Assembly (NCBI GenBank): GCA_018261905.1
Contig: JAGTRU010000037.1
Span: 3,949 to 67,948, forward strand
Length of the DNA: 64,000 nt
Origin: Pseudomonadota bacterium
GTDB lineage: Bacteria; Pseudomonadota; Gammaproteobacteria; Burkholderiales; Rhodocyclaceae
Reading direction: 5' to 3'
Shown: positions 32,768 to 41,626 of the stretch, piece after piece
Layout: each line of letters begins with the position of its first letter
Numbering within the stretch: position 1 is the first letter of the stretch
The notes under the pieces: model-generated
What the model was told of the DNA's origin: nothing
Databases searched by the model: none
Seen by the model: the letters and a program-made list of their open reading frames with translations, nothing else
Position numbers and translations under genes: made by a program

Positions 32768-34552
32768 TTAGTACGAGCGCGTCTTGAGCGCTACCGGCTC
32801 GACGGTCAGGGGTTGCATGTTGACCGGCTTGTAGCTGATCGAATTATCCACCGGCGAGAACAGGGTATGCTTGAGCCACACTGCGTCGTTACGGCCGTTC
32901 GGGAACTCGGCCGTATCCGGCGCATCGTCGCGCACGTGGGCGCCGCGGGATTCCTTGCGGGCTTCGGCGGAAATCATCGTGGCCTTGGCGACTTCGATCA
33001 GGTTTTCCATCTCGAGCGCTTCGGTCCGGGCCGTGTTCCAGGCCTTCGACTTGTCCTTGATTTCCAGGTTGCGCGCGGCCTTTTCGACTTCAAGAATTTT
33101 GCTGACACCTTCCTTGAGCATGTCGCTGAAACGGAACACGCCGGCATGGTCCTGCATGGTGCGCTGCATGGCCAGGCGGGTTTCGTGCACATTGGCACCA
33201 CCCTTGCGATTGTCCAGAGCGCTGATGCGGGCCAGGGTCCGGTCGGCAACATCCTTCGGCAGTTCGCGGTGGGCGCGACCACCCTTGAGATCTTCGACGG
33301 CGGAATCACCCGCCGACTTGCCGAAGACCAGCAGGTCGAGCAGCGAGTTGGTACCGAGGCGATTGGCCCCATGCACCGAGGCACAGGCGCATTCGCCACC
33401 GGCGTAGAAACCGGGAACAACGGCGCTCATATCGCTGCCTTGCGGCATCACGACACGACCGGAGTAATGGGTCGGAATACCGCCCATCATGTAGTGGCAG
33501 GTCGGCACCACCGGCAGCGGCTCCTTCAGGCAATCGACGCCGGCGAACTGCAGGCCGATTTCGTGGATGCCGGGCAGGCGCTTCATGATGGTGGCGGGGT
33601 CGAGGTGGGTGATGTCGAGCAGGACATAGTCCTTGTTGACGCCACAGCCGCGGCCTTCCTTGATTTCGGTGGTCATGGCGCGGGAAACCACGTCACGCGA
33701 CGCCAGATCCTTGGCGTTCGGTGCATAGCGCTCCATGAAGCGTTCCTTGCTGGAGTTCCGCAGGATGCCGCCTTCGCCCCGCACGCCTTCGGTAATCAGC
33801 ACACCGGCACCGGCCACACCGGTCGGGTGGAACTGCCAGAATTCCATGTCTTCGAGCGGAATACCGGCACGCGCCGCCATGCCCAGGCCGTCACCGGTAT
33901 TGATGAAGGCATTGGTCGAAGAGTAATAGATACGGCCGGCACCGCCGGTCGCGAAGATGGTGGCACGAGCGTGGAAGATCACGATCTGGCCGGTTTCCAT
34001 TTCCATGGCGGTGACGCCGAGGACATGACCTTCTTCGTCACGGATCAGATCGAGGGCCATCCATTCAACGAAGAACTGGGTATTGGCCTTGACGTTGCGC
34101 TGATACATGGCGTGCAGCATGGCGTGACCGGTACGGTCAGCCGCAGCACAGGAACGACGCACCGGCTTTTCGCCGAAGTTCGACATGTGGCCGCCGAACG
34201 GACGCTGATAGATCTTGCCGTCGTCGGTACGGTCGAACGGCATGCCGTAATGTTCGAGCTCGACCACCACTTCGTTGGCCTTGCGACACATGAATTCGAT
34301 CGCATCCTGGTCGCCGAGCCAGTCAGAACCCTTGACGGTATCGTACATGTGCCACGTCCAGTGATCTTCCTCGGAGTTGCCGAGGGACGCAGCCACACCA
34401 CCCTGCGCCGCAACAGTGTGCGAGCGGGTCGGAAAAACCTTGGAGAGCACGGCGGTCTTCAGGCCGGCTTCGGACAATTGAATAGCGGAACGCAGACCGG
34501 CACCACCGGCGCCAACGATCACCGCATCAAACTTGAGAACAGGAATACTCAC
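32768..34552 (-). CDS. sdhA: succinate dehydrogenase flavoprotein subunit
   Basis: 594 aa from GTG (VSIPVLKFDAVIVGAGGAGLR). Covalent-FAD His motif RSHTVAAQGG. The start lies 2 nt after the sdhD stop. Confidence 0.95.
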   Translation of the reverse strand: MSIPVLKFDAVIVGAGGAGLRSAIQLSEAGLKTAVLSKVFPTRSHTVAAQGGVAASLGNSEEDHWTWHMYDTVKGSDWLGDQDAIEFMCRKANEVVVELEHYGMPFDRTDDGKIYQRPFGGHMSNFGEKPVRRSCAAADRTGHAMLHAMYQRNVKANTQFFVEWMALDLIRDEEGHVLGVTAMEMETGQIVIFHARATIFATGGAGRIYYSSTNAFINTGDGLGMAARAGIPLEDMEFWQFHPTGVAGAGVLITEGVRGEGGILRNSSKERFMERYAPNAKDLASRDVVSRAMTTEIKEGRGCGVNKDYVLLDITHLDPATIMKRLPGIHEIGLQFAGVDCLKEPLPVVPTCHYMMGGIPTHYSGRVVMPQGSDMSAVVPGFYAGGECACASVHGANRLGTNSLLDLLVFGKSAGDSAVEDLKGGRAHRELPKDVADRTLARISALDNRKGGANVHETRLAMQRTMQDHAGVFRFSDMLKEGVSKILEVEKAARNLEIKDKSKAWNTARTEALEMENLIEVAKATMISAEARKESRGAHVRDDAPDTAEFPNGRNDAVWLKHTLFSPVDNSISYKPVNMQPLTVEPVALKTRSY

Positions 34553-34554
34553 GC

Positions 34555-34902
34555 TTACAGCCTCCAGAGAATCGCAGCAGCCCACGCGGTGTAACCCACC
34601 AGCGCGGCAATGGTCAAAACGTGCAAACTCAGGCGCAGGCCGGTCGGCTTGACGTAGTCCATCCAGATATCACGCACACCGATCCAGGCGTGGTAAAAAA
34701 GGCTGACAAAGAACAGGAAGGTAAAAAACTTGATGAAACCGAGGGCAAATACCGCCTGCCAGGCTTCGAAGCCAGCCGGCCGAAGGACCAGCAGAACAGC
34801 GACGATCAGAACCGAATAGACGGCCATGATGACGGCCGTCGCCCGTTGGGCAATCCAGTCCTTCAAGCCGTAGTGGGCACCGACAAGGATACGGTTAATC
34901 AC
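34555..34902 (-). CDS. sdhD: succinate dehydrogenase membrane anchor subunit
   Basis: 115 aa with three TM helices. 4-nt overlap with sdhC, and correct position in sdhCDAB. Confidence 0.85.
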   Translation of the reverse strand: MINRILVGAHYGLKDWIAQRATAVIMAVYSVLIVAVLLVLRPAGFEAWQAVFALGFIKFFTFLFFVSLFYHAWIGVRDIWMDYVKPTGLRLSLHVLTIAALVGYTAWAAAILWRL

Positions 34903-35297
34903 AGCACCACCCCCCAGACAATCAACAACGTCAGCGGAATACTGACCGCCAACACAGCCGCCGCCGACTTACCGGCAGCCTCTTTCTCGATACCGATATG
35001 CAGATCGAGAAGCAGGAAACGAATACCTGCGCAGAAGTGATGAACAAAGGCCCAAGTCAAACCTGCCAGAATCACTTTGGCCGGCAAACTGGCAAACACT
35101 GCCTTAAACGTGGCGAAGGTATCCGCCGAAGTCAGGCTGGCCGAAAACAGCCAAAGCAAAACCGGGAGAAACAAGAACAGACCGACACCACTGACGCGAT
35201 GAAGAATCGATACTTTGCCCGGTAGCGGCAACCTAATAGTGGTCAAGTCCAAATTTTTTGGACGCTTCTTGATGGACATTTCTGCCATGGACGTCAT
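34899..35297 (-). CDS. sdhC: succinate dehydrogenase cytochrome b556 subunit
   Basis: KKRPKNLDLTTIRLPLPGKVSILHRVSGV matches the SdhC N-terminus, including the heme-ligand His region. The start could be 35297, 35288 or 35279. Confidence 0.85.
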   Translation of the reverse strand: MTSMAEMSIKKRPKNLDLTTIRLPLPGKVSILHRVSGVGLFLFLPVLLWLFSASLTSADTFATFKAVFASLPAKVILAGLTWAFVHHFCAGIRFLLLDLHIGIEKEAAGKSAAAVLAVSIPLTLLIVWGVVL

Positions 35298-35425
35298 CCC
35301 TCGCGAAAAGTGTGCGGTTTTCCGCTTTTACGTGGTTTGAAAAGAGCCATAATTATACATTCAAAATTGGCTAAAACGCGCCATCTCCGGCTATTTCAGA
35401 GCCAATCAACCAACATCGGCACGCA

Positions 35426-36199
35426 TCAGCCCAGATCGTTCCGATAATAATGCGACCGAGTGGAATACAAACCTCGTCGCCACTCAACCGGCTTGTTGCC
35501 GTAGGTATAAGCCGTCCGTTCGACCAGCAACAAAGGTTCGCCGGGCTGCACGCCAAGCAGGCCGGCGCTGTAAGAATCCGCCGCCACCGCCCGCAAATGC
35601 TCCTCGGCATGAATCATGCGAACACCATAATCGCTCTCAAAAACACTGTACAAAGAGCGCTCACCACCCCGCAGGTGCTCCAGCGTCAAACCGACAAACG
35701 AATCAGCGATCAGGTAGATGTGATCAAGCACCACCGGCTCGCCATTGAAATGCAACAGACGCTCGACGCACACCACCTGACTCCCCACCGGCACGCGCAA
35801 AGCGGCTGCCACCTCGGCGCTCGCCGGCATCACGACACAGGACCGCGGATCGCTGACGGCATGCGTCACCAGCCCATCATCCGGCACCAGGCGGAGAAAA
35901 CGGTAAAAGGAACGCGGATCGCTATGGGTGGCAACAAAGGTTCCCTTACCCTGGCGGCGAACCAGCAAATTTTCCGCGGCCATCTCGTCGATCGCCTTAC
36001 GCACCGTGCCCTGACTGACGTTAAAACGCGTCGCCAACTCCCCCTCGCTGGGGATGGCATCGCCCGGCCCCCACTCGCCCGCCTCCAGGCTGCGGATCAG
36101 GAAATCCTTGATCTGGCGATAGAGTGGACTGAAGGTCGGCGACGGCGAGCGACTGGCGGAGCGAAGGGCATCTCGATTCATGGGGCCAAATTTCAGCAC
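35426..36199 (-). CDS. GntR-family transcriptional regulator (HutC/UTRA subfamily)
   Basis: Winged HTH (LPSEGELATRFNVSQGTVRKAIDEM) plus a C-terminal UTRA-like effector domain. Start is GTG at 36199 or ATG at 36181. It sits at the conserved position upstream of sdhC. Confidence 0.85.
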   Translation of the reverse strand: MLKFGPMNRDALRSASRSPSPTFSPLYRQIKDFLIRSLEAGEWGPGDAIPSEGELATRFNVSQGTVRKAIDEMAAENLLVRRQGKGTFVATHSDPRSFYRFLRLVPDDGLVTHAVSDPRSCVVMPASAEVAAALRVPVGSQVVCVERLLHFNGEPVVLDHIYLIADSFVGLTLEHLRGGERSLYSVFESDYGVRMIHAEEHLRAVAADSYSAGLLGVQPGEPLLLVERTAYTYGNKPVEWRRGLYSTRSHYYRNDLG

Positions 36200-36226
36200 A
36201 TTTCGAGCCCAGCGTCCACGAAAAGT

Positions 36227-36242
36227 TGTCTTATATAAGACA
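36227..36242. promoter_or_regulatory. perfect 16-bp palindrome, candidate GntR-family operator
   Basis: TGTCTTATATAAGACA fits the GT-N-AC core typical of GntR/HutC operators. It lies in the divergent GntR/mdh intergenic region, 28 nt from the regulator's GTG. Confidence 0.5.
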
Positions 36243-36252
36243 GATGATGCAA

Positions 36253-36281
36253 TTGACAGTCCGCGAATGAACTCCTACCAT
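36253..36281 (+). promoter_or_regulatory. candidate sigma70 promoter for mdh
   Basis: TTGACA (36253-36258), a 17-nt spacer, then TACCAT (36276-36281). It lies ~100 nt upstream of the mdh ATG. Confidence 0.35.
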
Positions 36282-36380
36282 TCTGCTCCTCTCGCGCCCG
36301 CTTGAAATTCGAATGGAAAAAGCTGGCACTCGAGCAGACTCGAACAATTTCAATCACGCTGTTTCAAACAGGAGCGACAT

Positions 36381-37367
36381 ATGTCCAAAGCCCCCATGCG
36401 CGTTGCCATTACCGGTGCCGCCGGTCAGATCGGTTATAGCCTGCTGTTCCGCATCGCCTCCGGCGAAATGCTCGGCAAAGATCAGCCGGTCATCCTTCAG
36501 TTGCTCGACCTGCCGCAGGCCCAACAAGCCGTCAAGGGCGTGATGATGGAACTGGAAGATTGCGCCTTCCCGCTGCTCGCCGGCATGGTTGCCACCGATG
36601 ACCCGAACGTCGCCTTCAAGGATGCCGACGTCTGTTTGCTGGTTGGTGCCCGTCCGCGCACCAAGGGCATGGAACGTGCCGACCTACTGACCGCCAATGG
36701 CGCCATCTTCACGGTGCAAGGCAAGGCCATCGCTGAAAACGCCAAGGAAGACGTCAAGGTCCTGGTCGTCGGCAACCCCTGCAACACCAATGCCTTCATC
36801 GCCGCTGCCGCCGCCAAAAAGGTCGGTCGCACCAACCCGAACAACTACCATGGCATGCTGCGCCTGGACCACAACCGTGCCCTGTCGCAACTGGCCGGCA
36901 AGGCTGGCCGTGACGTTTCCTCCCTGAAGAAGCTGGTCGTCTGGGGTAACCACTCGCCGACGATGTACGCCGACTACCGTTACACCACCTCCAATGGCGA
37001 CAGCGTCAAGGACCTGATCAACGATCACGCCTGGAACAACGACGTCTTCCTGCCGACCGTCGGCAAGCGCGGCGCCGCCATCATCGAAGCCCGTGGCCTG
37101 TCCTCGGCCGCTTCCGCTGCCAACGCCGCCATCGACCACGTGCATGACTGGGTCCTCGGTTCCGACGAATGGGTCACCATGGGTGTGCCTTCCGACGGCT
37201 CCTACGGCATCCCGGCCGGCATCGTCTTCGGCTTCCCGTGCGAATGCAAGGATGGCTCCTTCAAGATCATCCAGGGTCTGGAAATCGACGAGTACAGCCG
37301 CGAGAAGATCAACTTCACGCTCAAAGAACTGACCGACGAAGCCGAAGCCGTCAAGGACATGCTGTAA
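36381..37367 (+). CDS. mdh: malate dehydrogenase
   Basis: 328 aa. [26 protein letters not shown] fold, [15 protein letters not shown] and WGNHSPTMY motifs of the LDH-like MDH clade. GGAG SD. Confidence 0.95.
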   Translation: MSKAPMRVAITGAAGQIGYSLLFRIASGEMLGKDQPVILQLLDLPQAQQAVKGVMMELEDCAFPLLAGMVATDDPNVAFKDADVCLLVGARPRTKGMERADLLTANGAIFTVQGKAIAENAKEDVKVLVVGNPCNTNAFIAAAAAKKVGRTNPNNYHGMLRLDHNRALSQLAGKAGRDVSSLKKLVVWGNHSPTMYADYRYTTSNGDSVKDLINDHAWNNDVFLPTVGKRGAAIIEARGLSSAASAANAAIDHVHDWVLGSDEWVTMGVPSDGSYGIPAGIVFGFPCECKDGSFKIIQGLEIDEYSREKINFTLKELTDEAEAVKDML

Positions 37368-37370
37368 GGC

Positions 37371-37402
37371 TAGCTGTTAGCTGGTAGTTATTAGCTGCTA
37401 GC
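37371..37402. repeat. heptanucleotide tandem repeat (TAGCTGN) x ~4.5 immediately after the mdh stop
   Basis: TAGCTGT TAGCTGG TAGTTAT TAGCTGC TAGC. The 7-nt period places TAG in all three frames. Confidence 0.6.
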
Positions 37403-37414
37403 AAAAGCAAGTAA

Positions 37415-37450
37415 GGGCCGCGGTAAAATACCGCGGCCTTTTTGTTTTTA
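37415..37450 (+). terminator. rho-independent terminator of mdh
   Basis: GGCCGCGG-taaaata-CCGCGGCC followed by TTTTTGTTTTT. Confidence 0.8.
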
Positions 37451-37489
37451 CTCAAACCCCTAACATCTCGATCCTAATAGCTAACAGCC

Positions 37490-38473
37490 ATGCGTCATCC
37501 CAAGGTCGTCCTCTTTGCCGGCGAAAAGCCCTTCCCTGTCCTGCCCGCCGTCGACCACTATGCCGGCTCGGAAAAGCTCATGAAGAAGGCGCTGCAGTTG
37601 CAGAAGGAACTCGGGCCGATCTTCGACATTACCTGCGATTGCGAAGATGGCGCGCACGCCGGCGCCGAGCGCGAGCATGCCGAGATGGCCGCCGGCCTCA
37701 TCATGTCGGACGACAACCTGTTCAACCGGGTCGGCGCGCGCATCCATGACATCACGCACGCCCACTGGCAGCGGGATCTGGAAATCCTGGTCGGCATCGC
37801 CGGCAGTCGCCTGCCTTTCATTACCCTGCCCAAACCATGCAGCGCCGAAGACGTCCAGATCCAGATCGAGGCCTTGCGCGATGTCGAGCGCGAATTCGGC
37901 GTCGAACGCCGGATTCCCGTGCATGTGCTGATCGAAACCCATGGCGCCCTGCGCGAAGTCTGGGAGATCGCCGCCCTGCCCGGTGTCGAGTCGCTGGATT
38001 TCGGCCTGATGGATTTCGTTTCCGGCCACCACGGTGCCATTCCCGGCTGCGCCATGAAGAGCCCCGGCCAGTTCGAACACCCGCTGGTGACCCGCGCCAA
38101 GTGCGAGATCAGCGCCGCCGCGCTGGCCAATGGCATCGTGCCGGCACACAACGTCACCACCGAATTGAAAGACATCGAATACATCAGGAATGATGCCTTG
38201 CGCGCCCGCACCGAGTTCGGCTACCTGCGCATGTGGAGCATCCACCCAAACCAGATCCTGCCCATCATCGAAGCCATGCGCCCGGATTTTTCCGAAGTGC
38301 AGGCCGCGACGGAAATCCTGATCGCCGCCCAGGACACCGACTGGGGACCGATCCAGCACGCCGGCAAGCTGCACGACCGGGCTTCCTACCGCTATTACTG
38401 GGAGTTGCTCGAACGCGCCCACGTCACGGGCATGGAAATCCCGGCCGAGGCAACGAGCCGTTTCTTTGGCTGA
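37490..38473 (+). CDS. HpcH/HpaI aldolase / citrate-lyase beta (CitE)-like family protein
   Basis: 327 aa. FDITCDCEDGA, LIETHGAL and DFGLMDF resemble the CitE/malyl-CoA-lyase-like fold. The location next to mdh fits. The exact activity is not inferable. Confidence 0.7.
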   Translation: MRHPKVVLFAGEKPFPVLPAVDHYAGSEKLMKKALQLQKELGPIFDITCDCEDGAHAGAEREHAEMAAGLIMSDDNLFNRVGARIHDITHAHWQRDLEILVGIAGSRLPFITLPKPCSAEDVQIQIEALRDVEREFGVERRIPVHVLIETHGALREVWEIAALPGVESLDFGLMDFVSGHHGAIPGCAMKSPGQFEHPLVTRAKCEISAAALANGIVPAHNVTTELKDIEYIRNDALRARTEFGYLRMWSIHPNQILPIIEAMRPDFSEVQAATEILIAAQDTDWGPIQHAGKLHDRASYRYYWELLERAHVTGMEIPAEATSRFFG

Positions 38474-39224
38474 CCAGGACAGCGGCAGCAGCCAAATAGA
38501 GGAGCTGCCGATTCTCTATCGCGACGAACATATCGTCGTCGTGGACAAACCCGCCGGCCTACTCGTCCATCGCTCGGAAGTCGACCGTCACGAGACGCGC
38601 TTCGCCATCCAGATCCTGCGCGACCAGATCGGCCAATGGGTATGGCCGGCCCATCGCCTCGATCGCGGCACTTCCGGCGTCCTGCTTTTTGCCCTGTCGC
38701 AGGAAATCGCCAGCCAACTCGGCAAGCAGTTCGAGGCGGGCACCGTCGGCAAGCGCTACCTGGCCGTCGTACGCGGCATTCCACCAGCCGCCGGCAGCAT
38801 CGACCATCCCCTGACGCGCCAGCGCGAGCGCCACGAATTCGTCGGCGAACGCAGCAGCAACGAGGCGCAAGAAGCCCTGACCCACTATCGCCGACTGGCC
38901 GAATGCGAACTGCCATTTGCCGTCGACCGCTACCCGACGAGCCGCTACGCCCTGCTCGAGCTCGATCCGCAAAGCGGGCGCAAGCACCAGTTGCGCCGCC
39001 ACCTGAAACACATCGCCCACCCGATCATCGGCGATGCCACCCACGGTAAGGGCATCCACAACCGCTTCTTTGCCGAACACTTCGGCTGTCACCGGATGCT
39101 GCTGGCCTGCACGCAACTGGATTTCGAGCACCCGGCCGACCGGCGCCGCAGGCAAGTAAAAGTGCCAGTGTCCGGCGAGTTCGCCGCCACACTGGCACTG
39201 CTTGACTGGAAACAGCCTCAATAA
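38466..39224 (+). CDS. truC: tRNA pseudouridine(65) synthase TruC
   Basis: ILYRDEHIVVVDKPAGLLVHRS, catalytic HRLDRGTSGVLLFAL, and GRKHQLRRHLKHIAHPIIGD closely parallel E. coli TruC. TTG start overlaps the upstream stop. Confidence 0.85.
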   Translation: MADQDSGSSQIEELPILYRDEHIVVVDKPAGLLVHRSEVDRHETRFAIQILRDQIGQWVWPAHRLDRGTSGVLLFALSQEIASQLGKQFEAGTVGKRYLAVVRGIPPAAGSIDHPLTRQRERHEFVGERSSNEAQEALTHYRRLAECELPFAVDRYPTSRYALLELDPQSGRKHQLRRHLKHIAHPIIGDATHGKGIHNRFFAEHFGCHRMLLACTQLDFEHPADRRRRQVKVPVSGEFAATLALLDWKQPQ

Positions 39225-39658
39225 CCGATCGAGGTTTCGAGCGCCTGAAGTCGGCGCATATCGCGTTCGAGATCGACCATGTCCTGACCGAGCGCGTCGC
39301 GGGCCGAAACCATACCAAGCGGCGTTCCGTTATCGTCCACCACCGGCACATGGCGGAAGCCGCCTTCGGCCATCAGGTGCAAGGCATAGGCCAGCGGCTT
39401 GTCGGCGCGGATGGTCTGCAAGTCACGCACCATGACCTGGGCGAGCTTGGTTTTATCGGGATCAAGACCGGCGGCCAGCACCTTGTTGAGGGCATCGCGC
39501 TCGGTAAAGATACCGGCGATCCGCTCCTTTTCAACAACCAGCAGGGCGCCGACTTTTTTCTCGGCCATTAGCTGGCTAGCAGCCCGCACCGTCATCTCCT
39601 GGGAAGCCGTGACCAGGCTACGGCCAGCCAGGATATTGGATATCATTCTTTGCGGCAT
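39218..39658 (-). CDS. CBS domain pair protein
   Basis: 146 aa with two CBS repeats (VGALLVVEKERIAGIFTERD; FRHVPVVDDNGTPLGMVSARD). AAGGAGA SD. Confidence 0.8.
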   Translation of the reverse strand: MPQRMISNILAGRSLVTASQEMTVRAASQLMAEKKVGALLVVEKERIAGIFTERDALNKVLAAGLDPDKTKLAQVMVRDLQTIRADKPLAYALHLMAEGGFRHVPVVDDNGTPLGMVSARDALGQDMVDLERDMRRLQALETSIGY

Positions 39659-39794
39659 GTTTGTCTCCTTTTTTAATTTGAATGCAACCAGTTAGTGGTC
39701 GAAACGGAGCTTACACGCAAATGCTCCGTTGGGTCATTACAGGCTAATGACCACAGCGGGCTGGCAAATGTTCAAACGCCGAAGGAGATTTTGC

Positions 39795-40232
39795 TCAGGG
39801 ATTCAGTTCGTACACCACGCGGACGCGGGCATCCGCCTTGCCCAGTTCGACAAAACCGATACCGCCGGGGTGCGAACTGACCCACTTCAATACTTCTTCG
39901 CTCGTATTGACGCGCGGCGGCGCCTGCGCCCGCCCGGAAAAGACCTGGCGCGACCAATAGGCATTGACGTCGGAAACATCCTTGCCGACCAGTCCGTAAT
40001 AAAAGTGGCCACGATCCGGATGTCCATCGACCAGATCAACCGGCTGTGCCTCGACCCCATTGAAAAACTGGCGATAGCGACCAAAAAAGATATTGATGAC
40101 CTCATTGCGCGTCATGACGGCCACGCCATTGCGCGCATTGACCACGACAACGAGTTCGGCCGTGGCCTCGGCGACCGACAGCGACAGCAGGCAGCAGGCG
40201 AGAAGCAGAGAACGGATAAAGTGTTTTCTCAT
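39795..40232 (-). CDS. periplasmic PstS-like (PBP-like) small substrate-binding domain protein
   Basis: Signal peptide MRKHFIRSLLLACCLLSLSVA. VVVVNARNGVAVMTRNEVINIF...YWSRQVFSG...GGIGFVE resembles the small phosphate-binding-protein-like domain family. Start Met at 40232, 4 nt downstream of the upstream porin-like gene's stop. Confidence 0.55.
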   Translation of the reverse strand: MRKHFIRSLLLACCLLSLSVAEATAELVVVVNARNGVAVMTRNEVINIFFGRYRQFFNGVEAQPVDLVDGHPDRGHFYYGLVGKDVSDVNAYWSRQVFSGRAQAPPRVNTSEEVLKWVSSHPGGIGFVELGKADARVRVVYELNP

Positions 40233-40236
40233 GGCT

Positions 40237-41460
40237 TTAGAAAACAAAATCCATGCTTATGCTGAAGACATCCATCTTCCCGCGCCAGGCATCCTGCTCC
40301 TCGCGAAACGGGAAAATCGAGGCCGGCTCGCCACGAATCCCGTCCCACTGGGCCTTGAGGGCAAGATTGCGGGCAAAATCCCAGCGCGCCCCGAGAATGG
40401 TCGTATTCTGATTGGCATGCGACTCGGCCTTGATCACATCAAGTAGCGGATCAAGTACCGGGTTGTTCATCGGCCCCCGCTTTTCGGAACGTATCCAGGA
40501 GAAACCGACGTAAGGTGTCACCTGACCGATCCGGTAACCGGCCAGCACGTAGCCGGCCGATGAACTTTCAAAAATCTCGCTACCCTGGGTAATTTTGTTG
40601 AGCATGAGCTGCAATTGCCAGGGGCCGCTATCGTAAATCGCTCCCAGCGAATAATAGTGACTGCGCGTATTGGCCGCCGCCAGATAGTCATCCACCTGCC
40701 TGATTATTGGCGTCGGCAAAGAACGCGCCGTCAGCAAATCGACAATCGGCATGTTGTGATTGAAGCGGATATTGGCGTAGCTCGCCCGCACCAGCCAGGC
40801 GCCGAGCTGGTAGTCGAGATAGCCACCGACCATGGCCGAGCCATCAAGTTTCCATTGCCATTGGCCGTACGGAATTTTCCCCTCCGAAATACCGTAATAG
40901 ACCTTGCCGCGCACCACGTTGTCGCCGACCGGCAGCGTCAACGAGGCGTCGGCACCGTTGATGCTGTAAAAGGGCAAATACCAGAAAAAGTCGCCGGGCG
41001 GCCGGACCGGCAAATAGGAATACCCCACCTGGCGCGAATCCGCCATCATGAAAAACTCGGTGCCCAGGCGACCGGCCCGCAAGCTCAACTGCGGCGTCGG
41101 GTCGTATTTCAGGTAGGCCCAGGAAATTTCCGGGGTATAAGTCTTGTCGTAGCGGTAACGGCTGACCGCCTGCACGACCGCCTCCAGCTCGGGATTGAGC
41201 CGCCAGTTGGCCTGCAGACCAAGGATACTGTCCACCTTGGCATCCCAACGATCGACGGCACCGCGCGGCTGGGAAAGATCGCGCACGAACTCGACATCCC
41301 GGGAGGTCGTGCGAACCGCACCAAGCGTGCCGAAACCGTTAAGGCTCAGATTGGACGTTTCTTCGGCCCCGACCTGGCCGCCCAGCAGGAGCAACACGAG
41401 CAGGACGCGCCATTTTCCGCCGATCAGGCGGGCCAAGCTGTTCAGGCTGTCTGATCGCAT
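40237..41460 (-). CDS. outer-membrane beta-barrel (porin-like) protein
   Basis: 407 aa with a signal peptide, alternating amphipathic beta-strand pattern rich in Y/G/W, and the C-terminal signature ...SISMDFVF (terminal Phe). Confidence 0.6.
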   Translation of the reverse strand: MRSDSLNSLARLIGGKWRVLLVLLLLGGQVGAEETSNLSLNGFGTLGAVRTTSRDVEFVRDLSQPRGAVDRWDAKVDSILGLQANWRLNPELEAVVQAVSRYRYDKTYTPEISWAYLKYDPTPQLSLRAGRLGTEFFMMADSRQVGYSYLPVRPPGDFFWYLPFYSINGADASLTLPVGDNVVRGKVYYGISEGKIPYGQWQWKLDGSAMVGGYLDYQLGAWLVRASYANIRFNHNMPIVDLLTARSLPTPIIRQVDDYLAAANTRSHYYSLGAIYDSGPWQLQLMLNKITQGSEIFESSSAGYVLAGYRIGQVTPYVGFSWIRSEKRGPMNNPVLDPLLDVIKAESHANQNTTILGARWDFARNLALKAQWDGIRGEPASIFPFREEQDAWRGKMDVFSISMDFVF

Positions 41461-41472
41461 TTATTCTTATCC

Positions 41473-41519
41473 ATGATGATGTTCTCCCCCCGAAGGGCAT
41501 CACTATATAACATCATCAT
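41473..41519. promoter_or_regulatory. 11-bp inverted repeat in the leader/promoter of the porin-like gene
   Basis: ATGATGATGTT (41473-41483) and AACATCATCAT (41509-41519), with a 25-nt spacer containing TATATAA. It lies 13 nt upstream of the start codon. Confidence 0.3.
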
Positions 41520-41574
41520 TTATCTCGAATACACCGGAATAGGCGACGCATGACGCAGGCTCGACCGGGGCAAG

Positions 41575-41607
41575 AAAAACCCGGCCTTGGCTTGCCGGGT
41601 TGGTTTT
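41575..41607 (-). terminator. rho-independent terminator after the NMO-family gene
   Basis: On the minus strand: AACCCGGC-aagccaag-GCCGGGTT followed by TTTCTTG. It lies ~20 nt downstream of the stop. Confidence 0.75.
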
Positions 41608-41626
41608 GACGATAACTGCCGGAGCC

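Noticed and set aside
39703-39752. Two adjacent stem-loops downstream of the PstS-like gene as rho-independent terminators.
   Set aside because: The stems are good (8 bp each), but neither is followed by a T-run on the relevant minus strand. I mention them under the porin/PBP finding only.
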